From: Macrostomum lignano
Taxonomy: Eukaryota
Reading direction: 5' to 3'
Assembly (NCBI GenBank): GCA_002269645.1
Contig: NIVC01000358.1
Location: 50,732 to 114,731 of the forward strand
DNA length: 64,000 nucleotides
Part shown: piece by piece, positions 63,306 through 64,000 of the stretch
How positions within the stretch are numbered: position 1 is the stretch's first letter
How the letters are laid out: each line of letters begins with the position of its first letter
Translations under genes and position numbers: made by a program
The notes under the pieces: generated by a model
The model's database searches: none
What the model was told of the DNA's origin: nothing
What the model saw: only the letters and a program-made list of their open reading frames with translations

Positions 63306-64000
63306 CTGAAAACGATCGAGGGAAAATTGTTTTTATTTTTGGAATATTTCCCACTGTAGAACAAAAATTTTAGCATTTTAATCAAGCGTCACTCATGCAG
63401 TGGTAAAAATATTCAATCAATGAGATGTTTCGTACTATTAAATCAGTTTAGGAGTATAGCTAATTTTCAGAACGTCCATCATGCTTAAATCACGAAAAAG
63501 TGGCTACAGAACTTTTGATTTCGCGAGACCAACAAAAACAATAGTATTTTACTCGTTAATTGAAGATATTGTTGGTTCTTATAAGGTGTCACAGAAAAAA
63601 AAATTAATTAGGCTGTTTGTTAGTCGTAATAACACTTTAACAATATCGAAAAAGCAAAATACTCCTTATTTTGTAATTAAAATTAGAATTAAAGTCGTAG
63701 CATTTTTAAAACAGAAAGAAGAGTATCGTCATTTGTTGCTTTTAACTAAACAAAAATATTTTCAGACGTTTGAATAGGCATTAAATTTTAGCCCCCTCCC
63801 CCTACTGAATCTAGTAGTCTGTAAAGTATATTACATTCGATAAATATTTTAGAAAGTTTTATCGGTTCCAAATCGATGAATGTTTAAAATACTTTGCTCT
63901 GTAACTCAATCATTAGTTGCTATGCAATTATAGAGCAGAGTAAGTAAAAATTTCTACGAGAAACCAAGCTTAAGTCGAGACAAAATTCCAAGACAGTATT

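Overview
Eukaryotic (animal) genomic DNA. It has GT-AG introns, GC-rich exons with poly-A/Q/P runs, AT-rich spacers and many minisatellites. This style resembles the flatworm Macrostomum (inference, unverified). Host genes: two tandem intronless Zn-finger/coiled-coil/NHL-propeller paralogues (0.7-4.8 kb, -), NEK4-like kinase (8.7-12.6 kb, -), AFAP1-family two-PH adaptor (36.6-42.3 kb, +), a signal peptide-CUB-LDLa-TM receptor (46.4-51.1 kb, +), an MS4A/CD20-like tetraspan (55.9-56.6 kb, +) and three exons of an unidentified minus-strand gene at the right end. The 14-36 kb region is a transposon nest: an old mariner, a palindromic MITE, a Penelope-like element with a decayed hammerhead ribozyme, a CACTA/EnSpm element interrupted by a younger mariner, a tRNA-derived SINE, a Merlin element with TIRs and an 8-bp TSD, and an internally deleted RTE-like LINE. 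A MIR-like CORE-SINE sits in a NEK4 intron. Many long ORFs in the supplied track are minisatellite artefacts. The most unusual signal is a local excess of TAGGCCTA-type motifs. An alignment of two inverted copies suggests these arise by TA -> TA-GG(G)CC-TA micro-insertions, possibly transposon excision footprints. No rRNA, CRISPR or intact tRNA was found.
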